From NCBI GenBank assembly GCA_041906885.1, contig JAYRII010000014.1, positions 74,059 to 138,058 of the forward strand: 64,000 bases of DNA. The letters are read 5' to 3'. The notes under the pieces are model-generated. The model did no database searches. It was not told where the DNA came from and saw only the letters and a program-made list of their open reading frames with translations. Each line of letters begins with the position of its first letter. Position 1 is the first letter of the stretch. Below, in pieces: positions 11,861 to 22,143 of this stretch. The position numbers and the translations under genes are program-made. Origin of the DNA: Candidatus Saccharimonadia bacterium (GTDB lineage Bacteria > Patescibacteriota > Saccharimonadia > CAILAD01 > CAZGYV01).

Positions 11861-12826
11861 TTATGTAATTTTTGCTACTACTGTTAGCATTGAAGAACTT
11901 TTGAAGGCGTTTTGAATTATGACCAAAGGAATCGTCATAATAGTCAGAACAACCCAAAGAAGCATCATGAGCCTCTTATATAATTTGCCCCGTGATTTAT
12001 TTGCCCAAATACGCTGAACATCCAATTCTCTAAATATCGAAGGCACAATAGAAACGGGGTGTAGTGGGGCATTGGTTTTGTAGGTGCCAATTATTTTATA
12101 TCCAGCTTTTTCGAGAGTTTCTTTTAGGGCTGCCTCGTTGAATTGCCACAAATGACGTGGTGAATCAAAACAAAACCACTTTCTACCAAAGATCTTTCTT
12201 TCAAGAGAATCGTAATTTGGAACCTGAACAATCAAATAGCCAGCATTAGTTAACAGATTTTTTCTTATATGATTAAGTAGTTTGTGCGGATACTCAATAT
12301 GCTCTAACACATGGAATAGAGATATCACATTGTACTTGCTTTTTGGAAAGTATTTGCTTACCTCAGAATTAATTATTTTACCAAGCATCCTCGATCTATG
12401 CTTGGCAAAATCAAACCTATCAATACCGTTCGCATTTTTACAGCCCGATTCATAAATATAAGCGACTCGTTCTCCACTACCACAACCAATATCTAGATAG
12501 GAGGGGATGTCTTTTGTTTTAATATCGGAGGATTTGTAAAAGAGCTTAAAGTCATACCTGTATTGGTTATAGCGGTACCACTTTTCAAGATCAAATTGTG
12601 AATCTAGGCCGTGATCTATTTGGCTTACCTCGCCTGAGAGGTAGTTGGCAGGGTAGTATTTGGAAGCATTTCCGATTGGCATTGGGTTCAAAAAGCCTGC
12701 CCCACAAACGGTGCACTCTGAGCAGGAAAATGTTCTTGTGGTAGTATCTAGTCTATCTTTTAGGCCAGTATATTTTTTAAATATCTTACCATTACAATAT
12801 GGACATTTTTTAAATTTTTTAATCAT
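11861..12826 (-). CDS. Class I SAM-dependent methyltransferase with N-terminal zinc ribbon
   Basis: CPYC...CTVC, LDIGCGSG, LFHVLEH, QVPN, PRHL. Confidence 0.9.
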   Translation of the reverse strand: MIKKFKKCPYCNGKIFKKYTGLKDRLDTTTRTFSCSECTVCGAGFLNPMPIGNASKYYPANYLSGEVSQIDHGLDSQFDLEKWYRYNQYRYDFKLFYKSSDIKTKDIPSYLDIGCGSGERVAYIYESGCKNANGIDRFDFAKHRSRMLGKIINSEVSKYFPKSKYNVISLFHVLEHIEYPHKLLNHIRKNLLTNAGYLIVQVPNYDSLERKIFGRKWFCFDSPRHLWQFNEAALKETLEKAGYKIIGTYKTNAPLHPVSIVPSIFRELDVQRIWANKSRGKLYKRLMMLLWVVLTIMTIPLVIIQNAFKSSSMLTVVAKIT

Positions 12827-13800
12827 TTAATATTGTCCTCATACCAATTTAGGGTTTTTTTAATTCCACTTTTTAGGTTATATTGTGGATTATAGCCAAT
12901 ACCAATGCTCTTTTGGATATTGTAACAATAGTTGGTTTTAATATTTTTCAAACGAAAAGGGTATAGGGGAACATTTAAGCCCATTAATTTTAAGATCCCC
13001 ATTGCATAAGCAATAGGTGTAATTATGACGACTGGGATGCTTTTGACTTTAATCTTATAGTGATCAGAGACTTCTTTTACAATCTGCCTCATTGTGTAAG
13101 GGTGAAAGTCATTTCCAAAGAATATCTCATTTTTTGCATCATTGCTCAACGAAGCTAGTATGGTTAGATTTATTAAATTTTCTACATATACTAAGCTCAC
13201 CAGATTGTTTGCTTTACCAACATGGTAGTATCGACCATTCTTTATTGTCTTAAAAAATTCTTCATAAGGCTCTTTACCCCACGGACCATAGACCGATGTC
13301 GGCCTAATTATTGTGTAGCTGAGACTGGCCTGTTGGCAATATTTTTGAACAATTTTCTCGCCCTCAATTTTTGATTTGCCATAAATCGTATTCGTTCTAT
13401 ATGGTTCTGTTTCATCAATAAACCTAGTTTCATTAAATAACCCAACCACTAACTGGGTAGAGTAGAATACAAACCTATCTACAGACTTAGCCACAACAGC
13501 TTCTGCTATTATGTTTTTAGTTCCAACGTAATTTACTTTATAATCTCCTAAAGATTTGCCATTTATGTCCGTTTTTGCAGCTAAATGGTACACAATATCA
13601 ATATTATCACAACAGTCTCTCAGGCTATATCTATCTAGCAAATTTGCTTTTATTCTAATGATATTTGAAGGTAGGTGAGACCAGCTTGCTGATTCTAAAT
13701 CAAGCACACTCACGCGAGCACCTTGTTTCAGTAACTCGATAGCCAGATTGGTGCCAATAAAGCCACAACCACCGGTAATAAGGACTTTTTTGTCTTTTAC
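12823..13800 (-). CDS. NAD-dependent epimerase/dehydratase; apparent start codon is GTA
   Basis: YGKSK and RPTSVYGP motifs. The VLITGGCGFIG Rossmann motif lies in frame upstream of the ORF-track start, behind GGAGG-N5-GTA at 13800. Confidence 0.85.
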   Translation of the reverse strand, partial: VKDKKVLITGGCGFIGTNLAIELLKQGARVSVLDLESASWSHLPSNIIRIKANLLDRYSLRDCCDNIDIVYHLAAKTDINGKSLGDYKVNYVGTKNIIAEAVVAKSVDRFVFYSTQLVVGLFNETRFIDETEPYRTNTIYGKSKIEGEKIVQKYCQQASLSYTIIRPTSVYGPWGKEPYEEFFKTIKNGRYYHVGKANNLVSLVYVENLINLTILASLSNDAKNEIFFGNDFHPYTMRQIVKEVSDHYKIKVKSIPVVIITPIAYAMGILKLMGLNVPLYPFRLKNIKTNYCYNIQKSIGIGYNPQYNLKSGIKKTLNWYEDNIK

Positions 13801-14600
13801 TTTAACCTCCTTTGGCTCGCAGCAGCCATTATCCTATACGACCAGATTATTTTGAAATAATTGAGTTTATGTAGGTAAATTGGTATTTTAACACCATTGC
13901 TGTATTTTTTAGCAAGCTTAAGTTCATCTTGAAACTTTGTTTTATCTTCTAGGCCACTTTTACTATCGCTGTGGTAGCGAAAGTTGGATAGGTAGTTATT
14001 AATGACACCAGCAGGATATTTAGAACCAATTCGTAGCCAAAATTCATAGTCCATACACCAATGATCATTCTCGTCGAAGTACCCAAACTCATCATGCAGC
14101 TCTCTTCTCCAGAATGTTGCAGGCTGTGAAATGAAATTTTCAGCCAATATTTTATTATAGCTAAAATTCCTTAGTAGTAAATTTTTATACAGAGTGATTG
14201 GCTTTCTAATTTCAACATCGTTTTCATTGACGATTTTACATTTGCCATATACCCATTTTGTGCTTGGATTATCGTTAAAAAATTTGACTACCTTACTGAT
14301 TGCACCTGGCTCGTATGTGTCATCAGAGTTCAAGAATGCTACTATTTCACCCTTTGCCATCCTAATGCCCTTATTAATAGCTTCGGATTGACCACTATCC
14401 TTTTCTGATTTCCAGGTTATTTTTTTACCGTATTGCTTTAGTATCTGAACTGTGTTGTCAGTTGACTTGCCATCCATGACAATGTACTGAATATTCGGAT
14501 AGTCTTGGTTTAATATGCTCTCAATTGTTCTCCCGATGAATTTAGCCTGATTATAGGACGGAGTAACGATTGAAACTAATGGTTGATTGATTTTTTTCAT
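13797..14600 (-). CDS. GT2 glycosyltransferase (WcaE-like)
   Basis: VSIVTPSYNQ, DGKSTD, LNSDD, DYEFWLR. Confidence 0.92.
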   Translation of the reverse strand: MKKINQPLVSIVTPSYNQAKFIGRTIESILNQDYPNIQYIVMDGKSTDNTVQILKQYGKKITWKSEKDSGQSEAINKGIRMAKGEIVAFLNSDDTYEPGAISKVVKFFNDNPSTKWVYGKCKIVNENDVEIRKPITLYKNLLLRNFSYNKILAENFISQPATFWRRELHDEFGYFDENDHWCMDYEFWLRIGSKYPAGVINNYLSNFRYHSDSKSGLEDKTKFQDELKLAKKYSNGVKIPIYLHKLNYFKIIWSYRIMAAASQRRLK

Positions 14601-14613
14601 TATCTCTACGGCT

Positions 14614-15576
14614 TTACGAATTACCTAGTTGTTTTTCGATCCAATGATATGTTTTTTTGAGACCCACTTCGAGCTTTATACTAGGCTCCCAATTTAGTTC
14701 TTTTTTTATCAATCTATTGTCTGAACTTCGGCCCCTTACTCCTAAAGGGCCATCGATGTGCTTTACCAAAAGATTTTTGCCTGCAACCGCCATAGTCATT
14801 TCAGCCAGCTGGTTAATACTTACCATTTCTTCTGAACCAATATTAACGGGACCAATAAATTCACTGTCCATTAATCGACGTATTCCCTCTAGACACTCAT
14901 CAACGTATAAGAAAGACCTGGTTTGCTTGCCATCTCCCCATATCTCAATTGTATCTCCGTCTTTTGCTTCGGCAACTTTTCGGCAAATTGCTGCCGGAGC
15001 TTTTTCTTTACCGCCACGCCAAGTTCCTTCGATTCCAAAAATATTATGAAAGCGAGCAATTCGTACATTTAGGTCATAGTTACGCTTGTAAGCCAAATAC
15101 ATTCTTTCACTAAATAGCTTCTCCCAGCCGTATTCGCTATCTGGGGCAGCTGGGTATGCCGAATCTTCAGAACAGATCGGCTTGTTTGGGTCCAGTTGAT
15201 TTCTTTCTGGATATATACAGGCTGATGAAGAGTAAAAAATCTTTTTAACTTTAGACTCAACGGCTTGTCTTGCTACATTTAAGTTGATTGTAGCAGAGTT
15301 GTGCATTACGTCTGCGTCGTGCTCCCCCGTAAATATATATCCTGCACCCCCCATGTCGGCGGCTAACTGATATACTTCGTCGAAGGGACGGTCTAATACT
15401 TTTTTTACTACAATGGGGTTTGTTAAGTCGCCAATAATAAAATCGTCAGCATGGGTTTTGTCAAATTCAGGTTTTTTTAAATCTGCACCCCTAACCCAAA
15501 ACCCCTCTTTTTTTAACTTCTTTACCAAATGAGAGCCTATAAAGCCACCCGCCCCGCAAACTAAAGCTGATTTCAC
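14614..15576 (-). CDS. GDP-mannose 3,5-epimerase-like NAD-dependent epimerase
   Basis: GAGGFIG, QLAADMGGAG, SSSACIYP, YGWEKL, GGKEKAPAA, GVRGRSSDN. GTG start behind GGAGG. Confidence 0.88.
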   Translation of the reverse strand: MKSALVCGAGGFIGSHLVKKLKKEGFWVRGADLKKPEFDKTHADDFIIGDLTNPIVVKKVLDRPFDEVYQLAADMGGAGYIFTGEHDADVMHNSATINLNVARQAVESKVKKIFYSSSACIYPERNQLDPNKPICSEDSAYPAAPDSEYGWEKLFSERMYLAYKRNYDLNVRIARFHNIFGIEGTWRGGKEKAPAAICRKVAEAKDGDTIEIWGDGKQTRSFLYVDECLEGIRRLMDSEFIGPVNIGSEEMVSINQLAEMTMAVAGKNLLVKHIDGPLGVRGRSSDNRLIKKELNWEPSIKLEVGLKKTYHWIEKQLGNS

Positions 15577-15746
15577 TAAAACCTCCTTTTCATATAAACA
15601 AGAACTACGTGAATAAGAACTAGTATACAATAAGTGATACCAAGAAATAAATATAGACAGGGTGGCTGGCTGGTTGTTTCGTCCATTATTATAAAATTTA
15701 CAAATTAAATGCCATAAAAGTATATAAAATTAGGTATAATATACAA

Positions 15747-16100
15747 ATGCAAAAAATAATTTTAGCAGCATATGTATTAACTACATCATTTGCACTGATT
15801 ATTCTAAAGCTAGGCTCAAGACAAGCCCCTCCGCTTAATTTTATCAACGGCAAGCCCATTATTAACATTAATTTTTACACGGTATTGGGTGTTGTACTAT
15901 TTGGGGTTAGTTTTATAACTTACACTTATTTAATATCGAAATTTGATTTAGGCTACATTATTCCGGTTGCGGCGGCATTCACCTATATATTAATATTTAC
16001 TTCCTCATACTTCATATTCAAAGAAGCATTTCCGTTGACCAAAATCATTGGCATAACATTGATAGTGGCAGGGCTAGTATTCCTTAACTTAAAAAAATAG
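15747..16100 (+). CDS. Small multidrug-resistance/EamA-like membrane protein
   Basis: Four TM helices; FKE...KIIGITLIVAGL pattern. Confidence 0.7.
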   Translation: MQKIILAAYVLTTSFALIILKLGSRQAPPLNFINGKPIININFYTVLGVVLFGVSFITYTYLISKFDLGYIIPVAAAFTYILIFTSSYFIFKEAFPLTKIIGITLIVAGLVFLNLKK

Positions 16101-16157
16101 AAGACAACTCGAGAAATCGGCGTCCGAGGTATTATAATAATAGAGTATAATTATAGT

Positions 16158-18116
16158 TTATTTGCTAACCTTGTATAAATAAACGCTCATATTCGGAAGT
16201 CTTACCGTTTTTTGTAGTAGTAAGCATTTGTCGGTCACAGGCACAGTACTCATAGCATAATCTACAGTTGCTTGGAAATTGGTCTTGCAGGCATCAAACA
16301 ACACAGTAAAATAGTCACCTTGATTTAAGATGAAATTATTATGCTGATTTGAATAATTATTTTCTACAAATACTACATGGGCATATCGATTATAGGTATT
16401 TTGTTCATCCTGATGGTCATCATATCTTTCCCAGAGCTTCATGTCTGGATATAGATATATGCCAGAGAGACTGTGATAGCCATTCATCATTAAATAGCTA
16501 TTGAGCACAAAAGAATTAAATAAGATCCAATTACCTTTTTTGTCTCTATCTACACTCTCTAGGGCGCTATTTATTTTTTCATTATGGACAACGTTCAGCC
16601 CATTATATAAAGGATGAATTCTATAAGTAGAAAAAATACAAATTGCTAGCAACAGAATACTTGCAATAAGTATTTTTCTGGTGAGCACGAGCCACACCAC
16701 TATGCCCATGGCAAGTACGAGCAATATGCCAATTCTGCCGGGGACAAGAAAAGTTGGATATAGTGCTCTTGTTCTGACAAGCACAAAAGCACAAGTCGCT
16801 AGAGCAATAAATGTAGACAGTGCTACTATCCAATTTGGTAATTTATCTTTGTCTTTGAGAAAACGTTTTGCTATAAATACTATCGACATGATATTTAGTA
16901 TGCCAAAAACGATTATCAATCTATAGTTGGGAACTTTATGTAGCATGATGAGTTTAAAAAATATATTTGGCAGGGGGACAAATAGCCTGGTCATAAATAA
17001 AGCAGACAGTGCTAGTACGCCAATCAGCATATAATCAAGCTTGGTTTTTTGTCGGTATTTTTTGTACACTAAATAAATCATTGGGACTACTAAAAACGGC
17101 AGTATAATGATAAATCTTGATGCCTCACTTTGGTTGCCATAGAAGGTGCCCGCCCTATCCTTATTTTGAAGAAAAAAATTGAGAAAACCGTCAAGAAACC
17201 ACCTTAAAGAATATCCACCCGAACTTATGATGCGAGATCCAGGGTAAATTGTATTTTGAAGGGCTTTTATTGCATCCAGTCTGGTAAGAATAAATAGTAG
17301 TACTACTAAGGCTGTTATTACCCCACTAATAGCTAGTAGCCCCATTTGTAACTTCCATGGCCCTCTGATTAAACGATCTTTGTTTTGAAGCACATAGGCC
17401 GCAAATACAACCCCGATAGTTATAGCGCAGGGTATTTGAAATGGCGGGTATATTAGCAGGGCAAAACAAATTAAACAATATGTGATAGCCATTCCATATA
17501 GTAGTAAACTGAGCGTCTTTTTGCTCCGACAAAAATTAAATAGCAGAACGAGGATTAAAAAGCTATAAGCTACCGAAAGGACAGTTATGGAATGATACCA
17601 CCATTGAATAAAGGGGCTAAAAAATAGACTCAGTGATAACACTATTGCCAACCAAATCTTATTAGGTAAAAAATGTAATATAAAAAAGTAACAAGAGGTG
17701 ATCAGTATAAAACCAATAAACCACCATTTGAAGGCAAAAGCATAGGGGACGGGAAGTACAAAAAATGCAATATTCTGGGGCTTAAAAAAAGAAGACCAGC
17801 CCAGATAAGGGGTGTCGGTATCGATAGTTACATTTAGGCCGTTTCCAATATTCTTATTAATTTCAGCAAAATGATTGAATTCTTGAGCAATAGTATAGCC
17901 ACTGTTTACCAGCCACTCATCAGATCTGATGGGTTGAGGAGCGTTGAATAGTAGATGAGGGTCTTTCGCCAAATCTCCATTAAAGAACTGATTATAAATA
18001 CCAATCGACGAGCCGTGAATCTGGAGGGCAGCCAGCAAAACTACTAACAAAAAAAGTACCGAGGGGAAAAACCACAGTCGGACATTTTTATTTTTAACTA
18101 AATTATTAATAAACAT
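16158..18116 (-). CDS. Polytopic membrane protein, putative GT-C-type glycosyltransferase
   Basis: Many TM helices; IRSDEW, YPPFQIP, TIYPGSR, YNRYAH motifs; polysaccharide-locus context. Confidence 0.6.
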   Translation of the reverse strand: MFINNLVKNKNVRLWFFPSVLFLLVVLLAALQIHGSSIGIYNQFFNGDLAKDPHLLFNAPQPIRSDEWLVNSGYTIAQEFNHFAEINKNIGNGLNVTIDTDTPYLGWSSFFKPQNIAFFVLPVPYAFAFKWWFIGFILITSCYFFILHFLPNKIWLAIVLSLSLFFSPFIQWWYHSITVLSVAYSFLILVLLFNFCRSKKTLSLLLYGMAITYCLICFALLIYPPFQIPCAITIGVVFAAYVLQNKDRLIRGPWKLQMGLLAISGVITALVVLLFILTRLDAIKALQNTIYPGSRIISSGGYSLRWFLDGFLNFFLQNKDRAGTFYGNQSEASRFIIILPFLVVPMIYLVYKKYRQKTKLDYMLIGVLALSALFMTRLFVPLPNIFFKLIMLHKVPNYRLIIVFGILNIMSIVFIAKRFLKDKDKLPNWIVALSTFIALATCAFVLVRTRALYPTFLVPGRIGILLVLAMGIVVWLVLTRKILIASILLLAICIFSTYRIHPLYNGLNVVHNEKINSALESVDRDKKGNWILFNSFVLNSYLMMNGYHSLSGIYLYPDMKLWERYDDHQDEQNTYNRYAHVVFVENNYSNQHNNFILNQGDYFTVLFDACKTNFQATVDYAMSTVPVTDKCLLLQKTVRLPNMSVYLYKVSK

Positions 18117-18220
18117 GTTGATGGTATGATAGATAGCGGGCAACCCATTCTTAAAATTGCTAAAGCTTGAGGAATCTACTATAATATATCCATATTATAG
18201 TAGCTAACGGTATTTCTGTC

Positions 18221-18778
18221 ATGGTGAAAAAAGAAAAAACTAGAAACAAAAAAATAAAGAATAAATATATATTGCTAGCTACAATATTGTCAATTCTGAT
18301 ATTCATAGGAGGGGGTATTGTCGTGGCCAGAAATAGCCACAAAAAAGAAACTCCTGGCGCCCAGCCACTTGGTGTGTCGTCCGAGAACACAGAAAGCGGC
18401 AGTCAAGACAGCACTAGCCCTGCTCCGAGTCCAGCCAAGCCTGGCAGCACCCCAGTCACTCAACAGAAATCACCGGTCGCTTTACCTAAGCCAATATTAA
18501 TAAAAAGCAGTGGTAATAATGGGGCGGTTCCCTCGGATGCAGCAATAGAATTTGTCTGTAGTTCCGATACGGGCACATATTGCCAAGTGGTGCTAACGAG
18601 CTCCACTGGTAGAGAAGTAAAATTGGACGAAAAATTAATACAACCGACTAGCAAAGGATTGCCTAGTATCAATTGGGTGTGGACTGCAGAACAAGGCAAC
18701 TGGAAAGTAATTGCTCGAGCAAGAGACAATAGTGGGTCGTCTAGTCAATCAGATCAACAAACACTAACTGTAAGGTGA
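18221..18778 (+). CDS. Membrane-anchored surface protein with Ser/Pro linker and Ig-like C-terminal domain
   Basis: N-terminal TM helix, low-complexity linker, beta-rich end (WKVIARARD). Confidence 0.65.
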   Translation: MVKKEKTRNKKIKNKYILLATILSILIFIGGGIVVARNSHKKETPGAQPLGVSSENTESGSQDSTSPAPSPAKPGSTPVTQQKSPVALPKPILIKSSGNNGAVPSDAAIEFVCSSDTGTYCQVVLTSSTGREVKLDEKLIQPTSKGLPSINWVWTAEQGNWKVIARARDNSGSSSQSDQQTLTVR

Positions 18779-18782
18779 GTAC

Positions 18783-20408
18783 ATGAAGGGTAACAGTATA
18801 ATTATTGGCACTATAAAAAGCCTGATAGTAGTAGCTCTTGGTAGCTTGCTGGTTGTAGCATTCCAAGTGACACCAGCTAGGGCATACAGCAATAGCAATA
18901 TGATAGATGATACAGTCTTTGATAATGCTGGTAGCCTTAATGAAGCTGGCATACAGAACTTATTCAATAGTTATGGGAATAGTTGTTTAAAGAGCTTTGC
19001 AGCCCCCTTCCCTAATAGCTATTTTGATTATGGAGCTGATGTGCCAGCATCTCGAGTAGTGCGTAGAGCAGCGGACTTGTGGGGCATAAATCCCCAGGTC
19101 GTTATTGCTACACTAGAAAAAGAAGAATCGCTTGTAAGGGGCAATGCTGGATGTGCGGGCTGGAGATATAATTCAGCTATGGGCATGGGTTGTCCTGACG
19201 GCGGACAGTGCCCCTCGCCAGCATACGCCGGCTTTAGTAAGCAGGTCACGAAAGGAGCTTGGCAACTAAAATTTAATAAAGAACGGGCAAATGGTAATAC
19301 TGCGTGGGACGGAGATGATGGTATAACCTACTATGGGTATATGACACAAGGAAATAGAAAGCGGTGTGGGTCATGCCAGCTGATTTACTATGATGGCTAT
19401 GCTGTGATTGATGGGCAGACTGTATTCTTAGGAAATGGCTCGACAGCTGCATTATATTCCTATACGCCACATCTTAATCAGAGCTTTCCACCTCTTTTTG
19501 AAACCTTTTTTGGTGCTGGCTCGACCTCGGGTTTGCCCAGTCTAGCCTGTAAAACAGGAGTCAACCAGATAAATGCTGAAAATGGACTTGAAATAATGCC
19601 CCAAAAGTTTGGAGGTTCGAATGACTTGCTTACGCTTACTCTGCAGAATAATACTTCCAGTAAATGCATAGAGATGCATACATGGACAGGCAACTTTCAA
19701 CAGTGGATTGCCCACACAGCCTCAAACAGAGATGCGATCAATCCTATTAATTCGAAGATTATTTCCGCCGATCTAAATGGCGATGGATATGATGAGCTAA
19801 TTCTAGTCGAGATGAACGGTACAAACAGCGGAAGAATAGAGTTTCATGTATGGGATAGGTCAAACCAGGTTTGGATTGCTCACATCGCTTCAAATCATCC
19901 TTGTTTAGACCCTTCGACTGCAGACGTTATATCTGCCGATACAGATGGTGATAATAGGGACGAATTATACCTAGTAAAATACAACTCCACCGCTTCAGGT
20001 AAAATTGAAATACACGGCTGGACACCAAATATGCAACAATGGTTTGCACACATAGCTACAAACCATCCATCAGTAGATAAGAATGTATCCAGGCTGATAG
20101 CGGGTGATACTAACGGGGATAATAAAGACGAAATATTTTTAGTACATTATAGCGGGACAACTAGCGGTAAAATAGAAATACATGGCTGGACACCAAATAT
20201 GCAACAATGGTCTGTTCATACTGCCACTAACCACTCTGTGCTAGACACTTCTGCCGTGAAGGTATTACTTGCAAATATTGCAGGGGGTAAAGAAGATGAG
20301 TTTATACTAGTCAAATATCCAGCATCAAATACTTCTTATAAAGTTGAAATACATGGCTGGACAAGAGGGCTGCAAGGATGGTTTCTGCATACCGTGGCTG
20401 CGCCCTAG
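18783..20408 (+). CDS. Secreted protein with lysozyme-like N-terminal domain and FG-GAP-like repeats
   Basis: Signal peptide; INPQVVIATLEKEE...TAALYSYTPH domain; ~5 repeats of 56 aa with DxNGDxxDE motifs. Confidence 0.7.
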   Translation: MKGNSIIIGTIKSLIVVALGSLLVVAFQVTPARAYSNSNMIDDTVFDNAGSLNEAGIQNLFNSYGNSCLKSFAAPFPNSYFDYGADVPASRVVRRAADLWGINPQVVIATLEKEESLVRGNAGCAGWRYNSAMGMGCPDGGQCPSPAYAGFSKQVTKGAWQLKFNKERANGNTAWDGDDGITYYGYMTQGNRKRCGSCQLIYYDGYAVIDGQTVFLGNGSTAALYSYTPHLNQSFPPLFETFFGAGSTSGLPSLACKTGVNQINAENGLEIMPQKFGGSNDLLTLTLQNNTSSKCIEMHTWTGNFQQWIAHTASNRDAINPINSKIISADLNGDGYDELILVEMNGTNSGRIEFHVWDRSNQVWIAHIASNHPCLDPSTADVISADTDGDNRDELYLVKYNSTASGKIEIHGWTPNMQQWFAHIATNHPSVDKNVSRLIAGDTNGDNKDEIFLVHYSGTTSGKIEIHGWTPNMQQWSVHTATNHSVLDTSAVKVLLANIAGGKEDEFILVKYPASNTSYKVEIHGWTRGLQGWFLHTVAAP

Positions 20409-20411
20409 TTG

Positions 20412-22142
20412 TTAAATGACCTCTCTGTAGTATTTTTCTTTCGTGAGTATATTCTTCCACCTAGTCATCATCAGTGCTTTGGCTTTACAAAACTCTTCCA
20501 TATCTCTGTCAGTCGTGCCAATTTTACCAACTGATTGAGATTCGTAGTGATATAGTTTTGCATATGGATTGAATAAATTAGTGTATCCTTTATCTAATAA
20601 CTTCAGACAAAGATCGATGTCATTGTATGTGACTTTGAGCTTTTCATCAAATCCACTTACCTCATTGTATTTTTTTCGGTCGATCATTAAGCAAGCTCCT
20701 GTAACTGCAGTGCATTCTCTAATATTAGAAGAGTAGTTTAGAACATTTGGATCTAAGAGTTCATTTTTACCAATATGTGTATGGTGGGCAATCCCTTCTA
20801 TGTCTACATGAACCCCAATGTGTTGAATTTTATCTTTAGAAAAATACAGCTTCGCTCCAACTGCACCTGTCTCAGGTTGTTGGGCTAAAGACATTAGGTT
20901 TTCTAGCCACTCGGGCGTTATTACCCTTGTGTCATTATTCAAAAATAGTAGAAAGTTACCATTGGAATGTTTTGCACCCAAATTGCATGCCTTAGAAAAA
21001 TTAAACTCTCCTTTAATTTTAACGACCCTAAATCTATTAAGAAACTTATTTTTATATTCCTCATATATGTCTAGGCACTTTTTCTCGGTAGTATTGGTGT
21101 CGACTATTGTAACTTCAAAGTTCGAATATGTTGTAAGATCAAATATAGATTTTAAACAGTTTTTTAATAAAGAAGACGAATCTTTGTTTGGTATAACTAT
21201 AGAAACTTTATAATTGTCTCGTATGTTGTTGAAAACATTCCAAAAGCCTAGATACTGTCCGTTGTAAATTGTCGATCCAAGTCCGAGTCTCTGCATATGA
21301 TCCCTTAGAACTATTTTTTGGTTTCTGTATGCATAAGGTTTACTATTAGAGTTTGATGCTGTAGACGTATCTGACATTCTCCATGAATACAGTATCTTGG
21401 GTATATGTACTATCTGCTTGGTAGCTTCTGTAACCCTTAGTATTAAATCCCAGTCTTGGGCACCTTCGGTCCCCAGCCTAAATCCACCAACTTTCTCGAA
21501 TACATCTGACCTAATAGTAGAAAAGTGAGTAATACAATTGCATGATCTTAAAAAATATGGGCTGTAGTCTGGTTTAAAAAAGGGGTCAAGATGAACACCC
21601 GACTTGTTTATCTTGTCTTCATCAGTGTAAATCAGGGCAACATCTTTGTTTTTATTAATAATAGTTACCACTTCCGCCAGAGCATTAATATTAAGTATAT
21701 CGTCGTGATCTAGTAGAGATACATAGTCACCTGTCGCTAATTCGAAGGCAGCATTCGTTGCCTTGCATATGTGTCCATTCTTATTCAGTTTTTTAACTTT
21801 AATTTTAGGGTCATCTTTTGCTATTTCTGAGAGTTTCTCAAAAACTTTTTCATTTGTCGAGCAGTCGTCGATTATGCAAAGCTCCCAATTTGAGTATGTT
21901 TGTTTCTGTACCGATTCGATACATTCAATTAGATGGGTAATATTGGTATTGTATACGGGCATTAAGATGCTTATCTTAGGGCCTTTACTTGGAGGTGTGG
22001 AGTATTTTTGTTTATTTAACCAAGCACGATATTTTTTGTTAAAGTCTTTCTTTTTTTTCATTTTCTCAATCTTACTATTGACATGCTTATACTTACCAAC
22101 AGGGTCAAGAATTAGACCCCCTAGCATTCTTACTGCTTTCAT
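20412..22142 (-). CDS. Two-domain GT2 glycosyltransferase (polysaccharide polymerase-like)
   Basis: ISILMPVYN, LDHDD, GAQDWDL, second domain VSIVIPNKD, LNNDT, YNDIDLCL. Confidence 0.92.
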   Translation of the reverse strand: MKAVRMLGGLILDPVGKYKHVNSKIEKMKKKKDFNKKYRAWLNKQKYSTPPSKGPKISILMPVYNTNITHLIECIESVQKQTYSNWELCIIDDCSTNEKVFEKLSEIAKDDPKIKVKKLNKNGHICKATNAAFELATGDYVSLLDHDDILNINALAEVVTIINKNKDVALIYTDEDKINKSGVHLDPFFKPDYSPYFLRSCNCITHFSTIRSDVFEKVGGFRLGTEGAQDWDLILRVTEATKQIVHIPKILYSWRMSDTSTASNSNSKPYAYRNQKIVLRDHMQRLGLGSTIYNGQYLGFWNVFNNIRDNYKVSIVIPNKDSSSLLKNCLKSIFDLTTYSNFEVTIVDTNTTEKKCLDIYEEYKNKFLNRFRVVKIKGEFNFSKACNLGAKHSNGNFLLFLNNDTRVITPEWLENLMSLAQQPETGAVGAKLYFSKDKIQHIGVHVDIEGIAHHTHIGKNELLDPNVLNYSSNIRECTAVTGACLMIDRKKYNEVSGFDEKLKVTYNDIDLCLKLLDKGYTNLFNPYAKLYHYESQSVGKIGTTDRDMEEFCKAKALMMTRWKNILTKEKYYREVI

Positions 22143-22143
22143 C

